Assembly (NCBI RefSeq): GCF_009914755.1 | Contig: NC_060925.1 | DNA length: 64,000 nt | Reading direction: 5' to 3' (one strand) | From: the human T2T-CHM13v2.0 reference genome, Homo sapiens | In this document: one piece after another, positions 31,065-45,100 of the stretch | Position numbering within the stretch: position 1 is the first letter of the stretch | How the letters are laid out: each line of letters starts with the position of its first letter | Position numbers and translations under genes: made by a program | The notes under the pieces: model-generated | Told to the model about the DNA's origin: nothing | Seen by the model: only the letters and a program-made list of their open reading frames with translations | Databases searched by the model: none

Positions 31065-31398
31065 TTATATACCTCCCATAAAAGATTAATGAACTTGAGA
31101 TATAGCATTAGAAACTTTCCATAGTGAAAACAGGGAAAAAGACTAAAAGTAAAAAACAAAGAGAGTTCCAGTGAGTTGGTGAAAACTTTGAATGACCTAA
31201 TACATATGTAATTGGAGTCTTTGAAGTGCAGAGAGGGGTAGTGGTGAGGCCAAAACACATTTGAAAAAATAATAGCTGAAATTTTTGTTTAAATTTCGTG
31301 AAAAATTTAAACTCACAGATCCAAGAACACCAAGTGCAAGAAACATGAAGAAAACTACACCCAAGGCACATCACAAATTGCTTAAAAATGGTAATAAA

Positions 31399-31687
31399 GC
31401 CAGGTGCAGTGGTTCATGCCTGTAATCCTAGCACTTTGGGAGGCCAAAGAAGGCAGATCACTTGAGGTTAGGAGTTCGAAACCAGCCTGGTCAACATGGT
31501 GAAACCCCATGTCTACTAAAAATACAAACAAATGAGCCAGGCATGGTGGCGGGTGCCTGTAATCCCAGCTACTCAGGAGGCTGAGGCATGAGAATCACCC
31601 AGGAGGCAGAGGTTGCAGTGAGCCGAGATTGTGCCACTGCACTCCACCCTGGGCAACAGAGCAAGACTATGTCAAAAAAAAAAAAAG
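31399..31687 (+). mobile_element. AluS
   Basis: Full dimer with polyA. Confidence 0.9.
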
Positions 31688-31726
31688 GAGAAATTCTTAA
31701 AAGCAGCCAAAGAAAAGATACATTGT

Positions 31727-32021
<295 letters not shown>

Positions 32022-32597
32022 TGCATAAAGAAGAACAAATTTTTGAATGTCAGCTGATTTCTCATCAGAAACAACATAAGCCAGAAGCAGCAGGGCTATA
32101 ATGCAATGAAAGAAAATACTGCCAACCTAGAAGTCCAATATCCAGTAAAAATATCTTCCAAAAATTAAGGTGAATATACAAATGAGTGCATAAAACAACG
32201 GGTTAAAACCTTATTAAAGTCTGTAGTCTAGTTATTAGTATTGCTCTCATGTCAATTTCCTGGTTTGATATTGTACTAGTGATAAGATGCCACTCTTGGA
32301 GGAAGCTGGGTGAAGGGCTCATTAGATTGACTCTATGAACTATTTTTGCGACTTCCTATGAGCCTATATTATTTCAAAATAAAAAGTTGAAAAAAAGAAA
32401 ATAAAAAAAAGTTTTTCAGATATTCAAAAGCTAAAAGAATCCATTGCCAGCACACCTGCTCAAGAAACATTAAAAGAAGTGCTTCAGGCAGAAGCAAAAA
32501 TAATACCTAAACAAAGGAATAAGGAGCACCAGAAATGGTAAATATAAAAGACTTTTGTCTCATTTTGTATATCTTTCTAAAGATAATTGGATGTTTA

Positions 32598-32933
<336 letters not shown>

Positions 32934-33036
32934 AGAGTTATAGTTCATCAGCCAATAAAAAAGGAAATACAACAGAATAAAACAATTCAATCCCCAAAAG
33001 GAAGAAAAGGTAGACAGTATTAAAAAGTAGAGAATG

Positions 33037-33391
<355 letters not shown>

Positions 33392-33524
33392 CTAATTTAA
33401 ATATAAAGACACAAGTAGGTTAAAAGCAAAAGGATTTTTCAAATAGCATATAAATACTAATCAAAAGAAAACTAGAATAGGGATTAGATTTCAGAACAAA
33501 GAATATTACTAGGGATAAAGAAAT

Positions 33525-34070
33525 TGTATTAGATTAGTTATGGTTCTCCAAAAGAAACAGAACCAGAAAAATGTATGTATGTATATATGTGTGTGTGTGT
33601 GTACATGTGTGTACGTGTGTGTATGTGTAGAAGTAGAGAGAGATTTATTATAAGGAATTGGCTTATGTGAGTATGGAGGCTGACAAGCCCCAGGATCTGT
33701 AGTTGGCATGCTGGAGACCTAGGGGAGCTGATGGTGTAGTTCCAGCCTGAAGGCCAGCAGGCTTGAAACCTATGAAGAATCAATGTGTCAGATTGAGACT
33801 GAAGGCAGAAGAAACCTCCCATCTCAGCTCAAAGGTAATCAGGCAGGAAGAATTACCTCATACAGAAGAGTCAGTCTTATTGTTCTATTCAGGCCTTCAG
33901 CTGATTGGATGAGGCCCACTCACATCAGAGAGCACCATCTGCTTTACTCAGTCTACTGATTCAAATGTTAACCTCATCCAAAAACACCCACACAGACACA
34001 CTCAGAATGTTCAACCAAACATCTGGGACCCTGTAGCCCTGTCAAATTTAACACATAAAATTAACCATCA
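33525..34070 (-). mobile_element. ERVL LTR (MLT2-like)
   Basis: GGTTCTCCAAAAGAAACAGAACCA...TATAAGGAATTGGCT...CATAAAATTAACCATCA. Confidence 0.85.
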
Positions 34071-34071
34071 A

Positions 34072-34436
34072 TGATATGGTTTGGCTCTGTGTCCCCACCC
34101 AAATCTCATCTTGTAGCTTCCATAATTCCCAGGTGTTGTGGGAGGGACCTGGTGAGAGATGATTGAATCATGGGGGCGGGTATTTCCCGTGCTATTCTCA
34201 TGATAGTGATAGGTCTCACAAGATCCAATGGTTTTAAAAATGGGGAGTTTCTCTGCACAAGCTCTCTTTTTGCTTGGTGCCATCCATGTAAGATGTGACT
34301 TGCTCCTTTTTGCCTTCCACTGTGATTGTGAGGCCTCTTTAGCCATGTGGGACTGTAAGTCCAATAAACTTCTTTCTTTTTTAAATTGCCCAGTCTCAGG
34401 TATGTCTTTATCAGCAGCGTGAAAACAGACTAATTA
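34072..34436 (+). mobile_element. THE1-type MaLR solo LTR
   Basis: TGATATGGTTTGGCTCTGTGTCCCCACCCAAATCTCATCTTG...CAGCAGCGTGAAAACAGACTAAT. Confidence 0.9.
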
Positions 34437-37167
34437 TGAAATGAAAGAGTCATTTCAGAATCACAGATGAGTCAATTTATCCAGAGGATATAGCAATTCT
34501 AAATGTTTATCCATCTAACAACAGAAGTTCAAAATACATCGAGCAAAACCTAACAGAAGTAAAAAGAAAAATAGACATATTCATAATTGTAATTGGAGAT
34601 TTCAATATTCCTCTCTCAATTATCCAAAGAATAGGTAGACAAAAAAATCAACACTATCAAACAATTTTGCCTAACTGACATGTATGGATCACTCCACCCA
34701 CAATAGCAGACTAGACATTCTTTTCAAGATGGACTATATTCTGGGTCATAAAACCAGTCTCAAGAAGTATAAAAGAATTCAAGTTAAACACAGTTTATTT
34801 TCTGACCACAATAAAATGAAGCTAGAAATAAATAACAGAATCATACCTGGAAAATATCCAAATATCCTAAATAACACACTTCTAAATAACCTGAGTCAAA
34901 AAAAATCAAAAAGGAAATTAGAAAGTCTTTTAAACAGATTAAAAATAAAAACATGTCAAAATATGTGGGATGCAGCTGAAGCAGGAGTAGAGGGAAATTT
35001 ATAGCATTAAGTGCTTATAATAGAGAGAAAATGTTTTCAACCAGTGACCTCAGCTTCCATATTAAGAAACTAGACAAATAAGAGAAAATTAAACCCAAAG
35101 CAAACAAAGGAAAGGAAATAAAGACAGATGGCATATCATGAACGACAGTGGAATCAAATAAAACAATATCCCAAAATGCCACTAAATGTAATGGAATCCT
35201 GGAGCACTGTCATTTTACCCAATATGCTCTCCCTTCTTATCCACTGTGCCCACTGCCTAGGGAAGGGCTTCAAATAATCAGGCTCACCTTTAACACTATA
35301 CAACAGAAACCTCGCATCATTTCAAGTAAGGCCAAGAATATAATTCACACATTCACTAGCTATCATTAGAACACCAGAAACACACGTTTACCCAAAAGGC
35401 TATGCACATTAGGAACCCTAGATTGCTTACCAAAGGGAAGTGCAAAGACATTTAAAATAAAAATATGCAATTCCTTATGAATGAGAGTTCATAATTAAAG
35501 GATCCTTATTAAAGGATCCTCAAGTCTTTGCTGATACTATGTCCAAAGCATAATAAATTATATCCAAGCAGAGAAAAACACAGCTTGCCCTTCCAAGCTT
35601 TATGGAGGAAGCTCTGGAAGTCTCAAGAGCAGCACCATCCAGTGTGACAAGAAGACTTCACCCCAGTGTGGGGCAGTGTTCAGGCAGGGCTCCTAAAGCA
35701 GCTCATGTATACTGCACCTTTATGAAGTCACTCATTATATACACACTATTTATGCAAGCTCTCCTCTAGACTGTGTCATCCTCAAAGTCAGGGACCACAT
35801 CTGTCATCTTTGTATCCCCAAACCCTAGTATGGTACGATCATTTCACAAATGTGCTTTAAAAGGCCTGTGTGAACTCCCCAAGAATCTACTGAGTTGTAA
35901 ATAACACCTGATGCGATTGCCTGAAGACTGAACAGTAAACAAAACAAGACTTCAGATCCACATTGAAACCAAAGAACAGAGGCTTATGTCTCCTTTCTGA
36001 GTTCAATTAGATTTTTAAAACATTCTTTTTAAAGTCGATTTGTTTTGTTTCCAGTCTACAGTAAAAGTTTGAGTGGGTCCAGGTTTTATCTGAAGCAGTC
36101 TGCCCATTCTTTTCCCATGATGTTCTGGAGGAAAGCAGACTGCTGATGACTCACAACTCAGCACACTTGTTAGTTCCTATGTACTGACACCAAATTGTGT
36201 TCCAAAAGAGAAGCCTTTACAAAGGATCAAAACCTGGCCCTAGGATGTGGTTCATGTTCTAAGCTTTCCAACATGGTGCTAAATTAACTGCATTTGGTTC
36301 CAGGTGGGTTAATGACTAATAGCTGGACAGGTGATTTCAGGCAGAAATTGTCTCAATTCTCACTTTCTGTCACTTTAGAAGTTTTCCCTGAGTTTGTTTC
36401 CAACCCCATCTTCGTCCTCCACCTCCTTCTCTGGCCCCAGCTTTCAGGGCTGCAGCTCTTGGAAAAAGCATTTGCAGGATGGCCCAGCTATGCACGCTGG
36501 CCCTTTCTAGTTGCTTCTCCTGAACTGGGACTGAAGGACTTCTCCTCTATTCAAAATAGCAGAGCAATGAAAGTGCAGGAAGCCCAGAGGAAAGAAAGGT
36601 GGAGGGAGTCTGGATCAGTGGTGATAACAAGAAATGAATCCACGAGAATGTCCTAATTCACGGTTGCTCTTCAGCTTCTCTTGTTTCCACAACCTAGTCT
36701 TGCTAAGTCAGTTCTTCCTTATCACTCGCTATACCCCATGCTCACAGTGACTGCTGACTTTCTCTATTCACCACAGAATGTGACCCTCCCCTCCCAAAGG
36801 CTCTCCAGGAGCTTCAGATTTAAACCAAGCTGACGCTGATCACAAACATTTGGAGGGCACATCTCAGTTTCTGGAGAGCTGAAACAAGACTTCATTCAAT
36901 CCTCCCAATAATTCTTGAGATATTATTATTTCTGTTTTACCACTGACGAGACTGAGACCCCGTGAGATTAGGTGGTTAACCTGAGCCGCACCATAGCAAG
37001 TGTACCCTCTGACCCCTGCATTCTTTCTTGCTACCACGTGGCCTCAAAGCCTCTACAAAGAGTTCAGCCTTTCTTCTCCTGATGCCTGATATTTTCTATT
37101 TTTGTTTCTGAGCCTTCTCTCCCTTGCTTATTCCATACCTTTGATCCTTAACCTCCCTTCTCCAGCA

Positions 37168-37176
37168 CACACACTG

Positions 37177-37215
<39 letters not shown>
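37168..37215. repeat. (CA)n microsatellite
   Basis: Direct reading. Confidence 0.95.
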
Positions 37216-37216
<1 letters not shown>

Positions 37217-40200
37217 CTCAGTGCACTTATCTAACACCTTCTTCATATAGTCATCTAACTTCCTTCTCAAAGCAGTCTTCCAGGTTACAGCATAGTACTC
37301 TAGTGCAGCCTCAGACTGCCCGTGGCAACTCCCAACCATTTTTTAAACACAAAATAAGAAAATCATACTTCCTTAGTTATTTTTAATTATACTGCACCAT
37401 TTCCTCTGGAATCTGTCATCTGTCCCTGGAAAACAGAGATTCCATATGTCTAAATCATTCTGCCCAGTGCCTAGCAAAGAAGCAAAGATAAGTGCAGGCT
37501 ATCACCATGCCTGTTCTCTGATCAAACCGATGGTGACAGGAATGTTCACGTGATGGCAATGATCCCATTCACTTTAATCTGTACCTCCTTTTAAAAGCTA
37601 GAGTCATCAGTGGCTCAAAGACTTCAAATCAGTGCACCTGAAAGTGCTAAGGAATGTGTAAAGGGCTGGCTCTATAAAGGCGAAGTGGTGGTAACAAAAA
37701 AAAAAAGAGAGAAAAATGGCAAACACTCATACAGGGAGTGAAAACTCAAGGAATTAGGACTGTGTAGCAGAAATGTAGAAAGAGGACGGAACTTGGAGTC
37801 AGACAGGCCTGGATTAGAATCCTTGTTTGGTCACATTCTAACTGTCTGATCCTGGACAAGTTGCTTAACTTCTCTGAGCCTTCATTCCCTAAGCTTAGAA
37901 AGATGTCAAAAAGCTCATCTCAGAGGGCTCTCCTGAACATGAACCTGTAAGGCGTTTGGCCCATGGCGGTGCCCTGTAAATGTCACTTCCCTTCTCTTTC
38001 CCCTTCTGAAAGAAGGATCCATAATGATAAGAATTTTCAATAGCACCCAAAGGGTCGGTCCCATCTGTAATCAATGCATTTTAAGAGGCTCACCTGAAAG
38101 TTCTCACTTTTAGATGTTTTCTAATCTCTCAGGAATGTGCACATTCCTTGCAGTTCCCAGCTTCAAAGGGAATGTGTATGTTAGGGAATAACTGTGCCCA
38201 ATCCCTCTCATCCATAAAAATGTACACACTAACAAGACCTCACATCTTTAAAGGGTGAGACTCAGAGTTGGACATCCCTTGTCTGTACTCCCAAAGCTGC
38301 ACGGCTTCTAGAGCTTTAATCCACAGTATTGTATTATCTGTTTAAGCATCTGCATCTCCCCTAGGCAGCTAGAGCCATGAAGCAAAGTCCATATATTATT
38401 CCTCTTTGCATTGCTGCCTAGCATGCAGCATGCCATACATGTTATGTTTATTAGAATGAACTGAATCATCTATCTTCTGGGTCTGCAATGCTTTAGCATA
38501 TAGTCTACACTTTCTAATTCTCCCAAAGACATTTTCCAGAGCCTTGGAAATTTTAAGCATACAATACATATTGCCTTTGTCCTTTTAGAATGAACTGTTT
38601 ATAAGCTTTTTTTTTTTTTTTTTTTTTTTTGTCTTTTGAAAGCCAAAACCTAACTACAAAAGAAGGGGTAAATGATTTCAGAGAAGCACCTGGCACTATG
38701 TTTTTTCTTTATTGCTATAACCTTGGGCAACCCCCACCCCACCCAACATTCAATGCTCAGGGACACCTTGCGTAAGGCACATGCAGGGTGCGCTTGGCAG
38801 GGGCCTGGAGGGCTCCGTGCTTAGTAACTCTGTTGTGAGGATAACCACAGGCTGTGGGAGGTAGCAGCTCTGCCTGCCTCAGGTAACAAAATTGATGGTG
38901 ATGACTAAGTTACAGTAGACGGATCTCTCAATCTCTGAGAAGTTCCACCTCTGTTCTGACACATCTCTTTCTTTTTTCCTCCCAGAGGAAATAGAAACAA
39001 GCTCAGGCAAGGGCCCTAAGGAGAGAACCCTTTTTCATTGTTTAACTTGTTTATTATCAGACTCTCATTAAGAAACTGTGGGCCACAGTTACTGAAAACA
39101 CAAGCTAAAGACACATTTAGAACAATATTTAAGTGACAGATTCACAGTCAGTTGTTAAGGGGAAGTCAAGAAGTTGCAGGCAACTTCCTGAACTTTAAGG
39201 CAGATTTCATGAAGGACAAATACCATGCTCTCCCCGAAAGGAATGGTCTTTGAAACAGGTATTCTGCTCTACCTTAACAACCCTGCCCCCTTGCACCAAT
39301 TACTGACATCTAGCAAAGCTTCAATTTTCTCATCTTTTTAATGGAAATAAAATATTCATCCTACAGAGTTGTTTATAAAGATCTGATGAGATTGTGTATA
39401 CTAACCATTTAGCCAATGGGAGGCAAAGCCCAGGCCCCATAGATGCTTCCAACTATTCCTATGTCTCCCAAGTGCTAAGGCCAAGTGTCAGCCGGCACTA
39501 ACGCTCAGGCATGGCATTTTTTACCTCTCTGATTCCTGGGGCACTTGAGTGTACCACTCCTGAGCTGGTGCAATCCTATCATCTCATAGATGAGGAAACC
39601 AAAGCAAAACCTCACATGGCTCACCACTGCCTGTAGGCAAAGTCCCAGTGCCATGAGAGGTAAGCCCATTTGAGTGGTTTTTTAGATAGTCACTGGTGTC
39701 TCAGTGCAGCCAGAATACCTGGCTGGATGGATCCTTTTAATCATATCATCTATATACCATATACCAAAGAATTTTATTGATTTTATAACTAGAGTTCTAA
39801 AGAATAGAAAGTATTCTCTAGAGAATAAGACTAGCTCATTCTATGTTAATTGCAGTGAAAGTAAAGATAATGGTGGTGCTTGGCAGTAGGAATAATTGTA
39901 ATTAAGCACTTACTATGTGCCAGGCATCAGGCTGAGCAGTAAATATGTCTTATGTCTTCTTTCACATAGTAAGTCCAACTGCTTGAATACTCCCTTACAC
40001 TCAATCCCCAAGACTTGCAAAAATTTGTCACAAATAAATCACTTCAATCTCTCTGTAGAATCTGTGTGCTCATCTACTGTGCCCAGAGCAAATCCTTTCT
40101 AAATTCTGGATGTGCTACGTGTGATGTTAGTGGTTGGTTAAGAGACAGGTATCTCCAGAAATAAAACACGAAAGGCAGAGGTTAATTGCTGATTCTCTCA

Positions 40201-40767
40201 ATCTGGAGCCAAGCCATTTGATAATGACTTACAATTATTATATTTCATATTGCTCAATCATCTCTAGAAGATGGATTGCAGGGTGTGGTGGGAGAGGTGC
40301 CTTCCAGTCCTTTCCAATAAAATGTTTCTGTGTTATCACAAAACAAGAAGTTCTGTAAGGTAAGGGAGTTAGGAATGCTGGCTTCCTGTGGATAGATGCC
40401 AAGTGGAGAAAATAAACAGATAAGAGTTCCCACGGGATATGGATGCCCTAAAAAAGTGTTTCCTATCATATTGCCAAGGCAATGCCAGCTGCTTACATCA
40501 TCAATTCAGGGGGACAGGAAGGAGGGAGACAGAGTAGTGGCTGGAGAGTGGATGAAGTAGAAAATTTGTAAAAAGCCAATTCCAATTTTCTTAATAGGTT
40601 ATAAATTCCTACAACCAAGAGGTAAGTAGCAGCCCTGACTCTTAAACAAAATAAAGTCTAGTCAACTTGACAATTAAATGGAGCCCAGGGTGCTGTTCCC
40701 TACAATTTCACAGGTGGCTGGGAGTTATAGAATGCTGGAGCAAGACAGATTCTTAGAGATATTCAGT

Positions 40768-41101
40768 CCAGAGATCACAAATGGCACCCACAGACATTGT
40801 CTTCTTGGGTTTTCCAAGGATTAGTCTAGATGGCATTTTAACATTGTAATTAATTGCCAACATTTTAAAATTTTGAAGACTTCACATAAAAATTCAGATC
40901 TCTAGTATCTCTTTTTAAAATGAGAAAATATGCAAACAGTGAACCTACATTTTCACCTAGTAACCATTCAGCCTCTCATAGATGGTTCCAGTGTCCCCAT
41001 GGTTCCCAAGGCCAAGGCCAAATATCAGCCAGCACTAATCCTGAGTCATGGCATGGTGTTACCTGGCTGAATCCTGCAGGCACTTGAGTGTGTGTCCTCT
41101 G
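40768..41101. mobile_element. MER102-like hAT DNA element inside a MIR
   Basis: CAGAGATCACAAATGGC start; TAATTGCCAACATTTTAAAA; end CAGGCACTTGAGTGTGTGTCCTCTG. Confidence 0.5.
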
Positions 41102-41581
41102 AGCTAGGAGAATCCTGTTATCTTATAGACAAGGAAACCTAGGCAAAAAGCTCACATGGCTCACTCTGCAAAGTTCCAATGCCATGACGGCAAGGCCATT
41201 CGCAGATGGTCCCAACTGACATCTCTTGCCAGTTTTCAGAAGGAATCCTATGGTCCAGTGCATCAGACTGATTGTTATGCCCAGTCAAGGCCTTGTTCCC
41301 TTCCTCTCAAATGTCCTGCCCTGCTATCAAACTCCTGTTCATCCTTTCAGCCCCAGATTAGTCGTTCCCCCTAACTCCTCTCAGGCAGTGAAGTATCCAC
41401 ACAGCATTTATGTACCCACTTCTGCAATATGCCTTACAGTCCTGCGGGGGACGTTCAATATTAAAATCCTCTTTCTCATGTCACCAGTACCTAGCACTAT
41501 GCCATGACACATCACAAGCTCTGAATAAATCTGGGATTCAGGGAAGGGTAAATACATTGTCCTCAAATATATGGGTAATTA

Positions 41582-41693
41582 GTCCAGGCGCTATGGCTCA
41601 TGCCTGTAATCCCAGCACTTTGGGAGGCCGAGGCGGGTGGATCACTTGAGGCCAGAAATTCGAGACCAGCCTGGCCAACATGGTGAAAACCCA

Positions 41694-41700
<7 letters not shown>
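41582..41700 (+). mobile_element. Alu left arm ending in (CT)n(TA)n
   Basis: Left monomer only; right arm absent. Confidence 0.85.
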
Positions 41701-41724
<24 letters not shown>

Positions 41725-41776
41725 GTAATTAATTATAACATAGTTGGGGAGAAAACGGGTTAAAAACAGACAGGGA

Positions 41777-42049
41777 GCCTGGTGCAGTGGCTCACACCTG
41801 CAATCTCAGCACTTGGGGAGGCCGAGATGGGCAGATCGCTTGAGCCCAGGAGTTTAAAACCAGCCTGAGCAACATGGGGAGACCCCATCTCTACAAAAAT
41901 TAGCTGGGTGTGGTGGCATGAGCCTGTAGTCCCAGCTACTCAGGAGGCTAAGGCGGGTGGATGGCTTGAGCCCAGGAGGTCAAGGCTATGGTGAGCCTAG
42001 ATCATGCCACTGCACTCTAGCCTGGGTGACAGAACCAGACCATGTTACA

Positions 42050-42080
<31 letters not shown>

Positions 42081-42088
42081 CCAACAAC
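41777..42088 (+). mobile_element. AluJ
   Basis: TSD AAAAACAGAC at 41762-41771 and 42089-42098. Confidence 0.9.
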
Positions 42089-42693
42089 AAAAACAGACTG
42101 GGTCCACAGTGAACACCCAGACTGATGAACCATCAAGTAAGTGATGCTGAAACCTTTATCTCAATGACAAATTCAACTCCTACCAGGCCAAGCCTTATTC
42201 CAGAAGTAGGGATTGCCTGAACAATGTGGCTTATGAGGTGTCAAAAGAACCCCAGAGGTCCTAAACATCTTCCCCACCAGCCTGCCAAGGTGCTTAAAGA
42301 CCACTCTATATATGTATCTGCATTAAGACCTTTTCTGTTAAAATACAACACTCCTTTTCTCCCTCCTTCCTAAGAGCCAGTACATTACGCAATTCTCAGG
42401 GGTTAGCACAGCTTCAGGTAATTTATCAACTATTTTTTATATCTGATGCATTTCACCTAGACTATTTGGGTAAGCTGTGATAGAGTTAAATAAAGGTAAA
42501 TTTCCAGGAGAAGAGGATGGGCCTGAATGTCTGAGGTAAGAGATAGAGAGTAGGCAGTATAGCACAGTAGTTAAGTGTGAGACCTTATGATCTGGGCCCA
42601 AATCCAGTTTCGCTGCTGGCTAGGTGAGTGACCTTGGCTAGTCACTTACCTTCCATGCCTCCATTTCTTCATTTAGATAGAAAATGGTGTTAC

Positions 42694-42920
42694 TCAGGAA
42701 AGGGAACATCACACACTGGGGCCTGTTGTGGGGTCAGGGGAGAGGGGAGGGATAGCATTAGGAGATATACCTAATGTTAAATGATGAGTTAATGGGTGCA
42801 GCACACTAACATGGCACATGTATACATATGTAACAAACCTGCACGTTGTGCACATGTACCCTAAAACTTAAAGTATAATAAAAATAAATAAATAAAATTT
42901 TAAAAAAAAGAAAAAAAAAA
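42694..42920 (+). mobile_element. 5'-truncated L1PA 3' end inserted in a MIR
   Basis: GGGATAGCATTAGGAGATATACCTAATG...ACCCTAAAACTTAAAGTATAATAA; perfect 15-bp TSD AGAAAATGGTGTTAC at 42679-42693 and 42921-42935. Confidence 0.95.
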
Positions 42921-43300
42921 AGAAAATGGTGTTACCAAGATGACCTGCTTCAATGGGGCATCTGAGAATTAAACAAATCAATATATAGAAGGCATTTAAA
43001 ATGATGCCCAACCTATGTGAACCCTATATAATGTGTTAATTTCTGACTAATTTATTAGAGGGGATGACATGAGATTTGGCCCTGAAAGGAGCTGCTCTGG
43101 CTTTACTACTTGCTGCCTCCTTTCCCAATTTACTGAGAAGCAGGCAAGGTCCCGAGAGGATGAGCAGCGTCCCCAAGGCCACAGCCTACTGATGGCAGAG
43201 CCAGGACTTCCTATCCAGGGCTCCCCACACGCGGAACTTCTCGAGGAGGAAGAGGGGAAGGGGTCGTGGGAGGCCAGGAGAAACCGAGAGCCAGCTTTAC

Positions 43301-43600
43301 CATGTGTCCCTTCTGGGGATAATGGAATCCAGGCCCTTCGGGGCTTTTCCCCAGAGCTGGCTACACGTCCCGCTCTCGGGTGCGCTTGGTGTCCACGCAA
43401 ACGCCATCCTCCGAACATCCCCCCGCCCACACACACACATACACACACAGCCCCACACCCTTGCGCCGGACGCACCCTCTACGTCTGGCACAGCACGGCA
43501 ACTCGCTGCCCCGCTGGGAGGACTAGTCAACAGGGGGGCGGACGGGAAAAGTGACACAACTGGGCCGCGGCGCCCTCCGCGCCAGCCTCCCACGCAGCGC
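43301..43600 (-). other. DDAH1: candidate alternative DDAH1 first exon ending in ATG (5' end approximate)
   Basis: Minus-strand ACACATG|GTAAAG (+ strand CTTTAC 43295-43300, CAT 43301-43303) at the edge of the CpG island; assignment is inferred. Confidence 0.4.
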
Positions 43601-44150
43601 AGGGCGGACTTCGGCCCTCAGAGGGGTGAGGACTGGGGCCAAACTGCCCGGGTCTACCCCGCCGCCCGCAACGCTCCGGGGTCCCGCGCGGAGGGAGGCC
43701 TGGGCGCGGGCGGCCGCGGCGCACTTTTCAGGAACGCGGCGGCCGCAAGCCTGCCAGGCCGGGTCGCAGGACAGCCGCCGCCGCCGCCACCGCCACCGCC
43801 ACCGCCCCCCGAAGCTAGATGACGGAGTCTTGAAAGACTTTCACCAAATATGGGCCGGGGCTGGAAACGTCCTGCGCCGCGCGCCGCCGGAAACCTCGAT
43901 TCTTGGCAACCGCGGTGACTGTGGGCGCGCGGGCGGGGTGGCCGGCAGGGGGCGGCGGTAGCAGCCGGGCAGGCGCGTCCGGATGCCTCGCGTCCCGCAC
44001 CCTCTCGCGGTGCGGACCCTCTCCGCTCCCTCCGCAGGGGTCCCGGAGCCGACCGCCCTCTCCGCGCGTCGGCCACCCAGTTCCTGCCGCAGCCACCAGG
44101 ATCCTGGCTTCCTGGGGCTCTCCTGGCTGTCAAGCCAAGGGGATGGGGGC
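43330..44150. promoter_or_regulatory. upstream CpG island (divergent promoter/enhancer)
   Basis: Very high GC and CpG; GC boxes; (GCC/ACC)n at 43775-43810; CArG box. Confidence 0.85.
43844..43853. promoter_or_regulatory. second CArG box in the upstream CpG island
   Basis: CCAAATATGG, identical to 45511-45520. Confidence 0.7.
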
Positions 44151-44340
44151 GGGGAAATGGTAGAGGAGAGAAATGGGATGGTACGGGGGCGCCACCTTAA
44201 AGCCGGTCTTTTGCAGACACCATTAAGTTCTGTTCATTAAGGTGGCTTTGAAGAGTGGAGTTGTGAGGTTGGGTGTGCAGCCGAGGATCTATGAAGACAC
44301 ACACACACACCCCTACTACAGGCACTCCGGTCGTCCAGGG

Positions 44341-44500
44341 CAGTGGTGCTCAGGGTGTGATCTCCGGACCAGCAGCATCAACATCACCTGGGGACTTGTT
44401 AGAAATGTAACTAATCAGAAACTCTGGGGTGGGAACCCAGAGAACCATTCATTAACTAGCCCTCCAGGCGACTCGGATGCACGCTAGTCTGAGAGCCTTC
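44341..44500. mobile_element. MER5A-like DNA element
   Basis: CAGTGGTGCTCA...ACCAGCAGCATCAACATCACCTGGG...CTTGTTAGAAATG. Confidence 0.75.
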
Positions 44501-44802
44501 CTAGGGCTAGGAAACTGGAGTCGCCAGATTTACCGTTATTATTCTCGGTTGCCGCCAGACAGTGAGCCCTTCATTAGGTAACCTAAAATTCCCTGGCAGC
44601 AGCGGTTGAGAGACGTCCCCATCTCTCAGCCCGAAGCCAGGAGCTGCAGAAGACAAGTAGCCCCTTCTCCGTGGATTGCAATCCAAGGCAGCCCAAGGAA
44701 ACAAGGCAGTCCGTTATTTCCTCCTGGGGCACCCGTATGGGGAGGGTGAAGGAGAAACTAGCAAAAGAGCCATACAGAATTAGCACCCGAAGCAACACTT
44801 AC

Positions 44803-45100
44803 CCATAAACATTTGCACATTTCGCCTCCTGTCCGTCAACTTGGACTGATCTGCGGCTCCCAGCGGAGGCGGCGAGAAGGCGACGGGAGGCTGGGGTTTC
44901 TGGACGGTCTTTGGGCAGGACTTGAGGAGCCGCTGTTTCTCTTGCCTAATGTCGTCGATTACTAGCAGGCGCAACAGCACATGGTATATGGAGAGGCTGT
45001 GCACATAGGTTACTCTAGTGTCTCCCGCTCCCACACCTCCTGGCCCTGTTGCTCCAGCTTCCCACCCCCATCCCACAACACACCCCCTGCTTTAAATGGG
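44803..45100 (-). other. DDAH1: candidate non-coding first exon of a distal DDAH1 isoform (5' end approximate)
   Basis: Consensus minus-strand donor TGG|GTAAGT (+ strand ACTTAC 44797-44802) at the edge of a CpG-rich block. Gene identity comes from recalled head-to-head DDAH1/CCN1 synteny, not from coding sequence in the window. Confidence 0.55.

Noticed and set aside
43047-44240. Many overlapping 80-170 aa ORFs on both strands
   Set aside because: Stop-poor CpG island; low-complexity Pro/Arg/Gly translations with no recognisable domain
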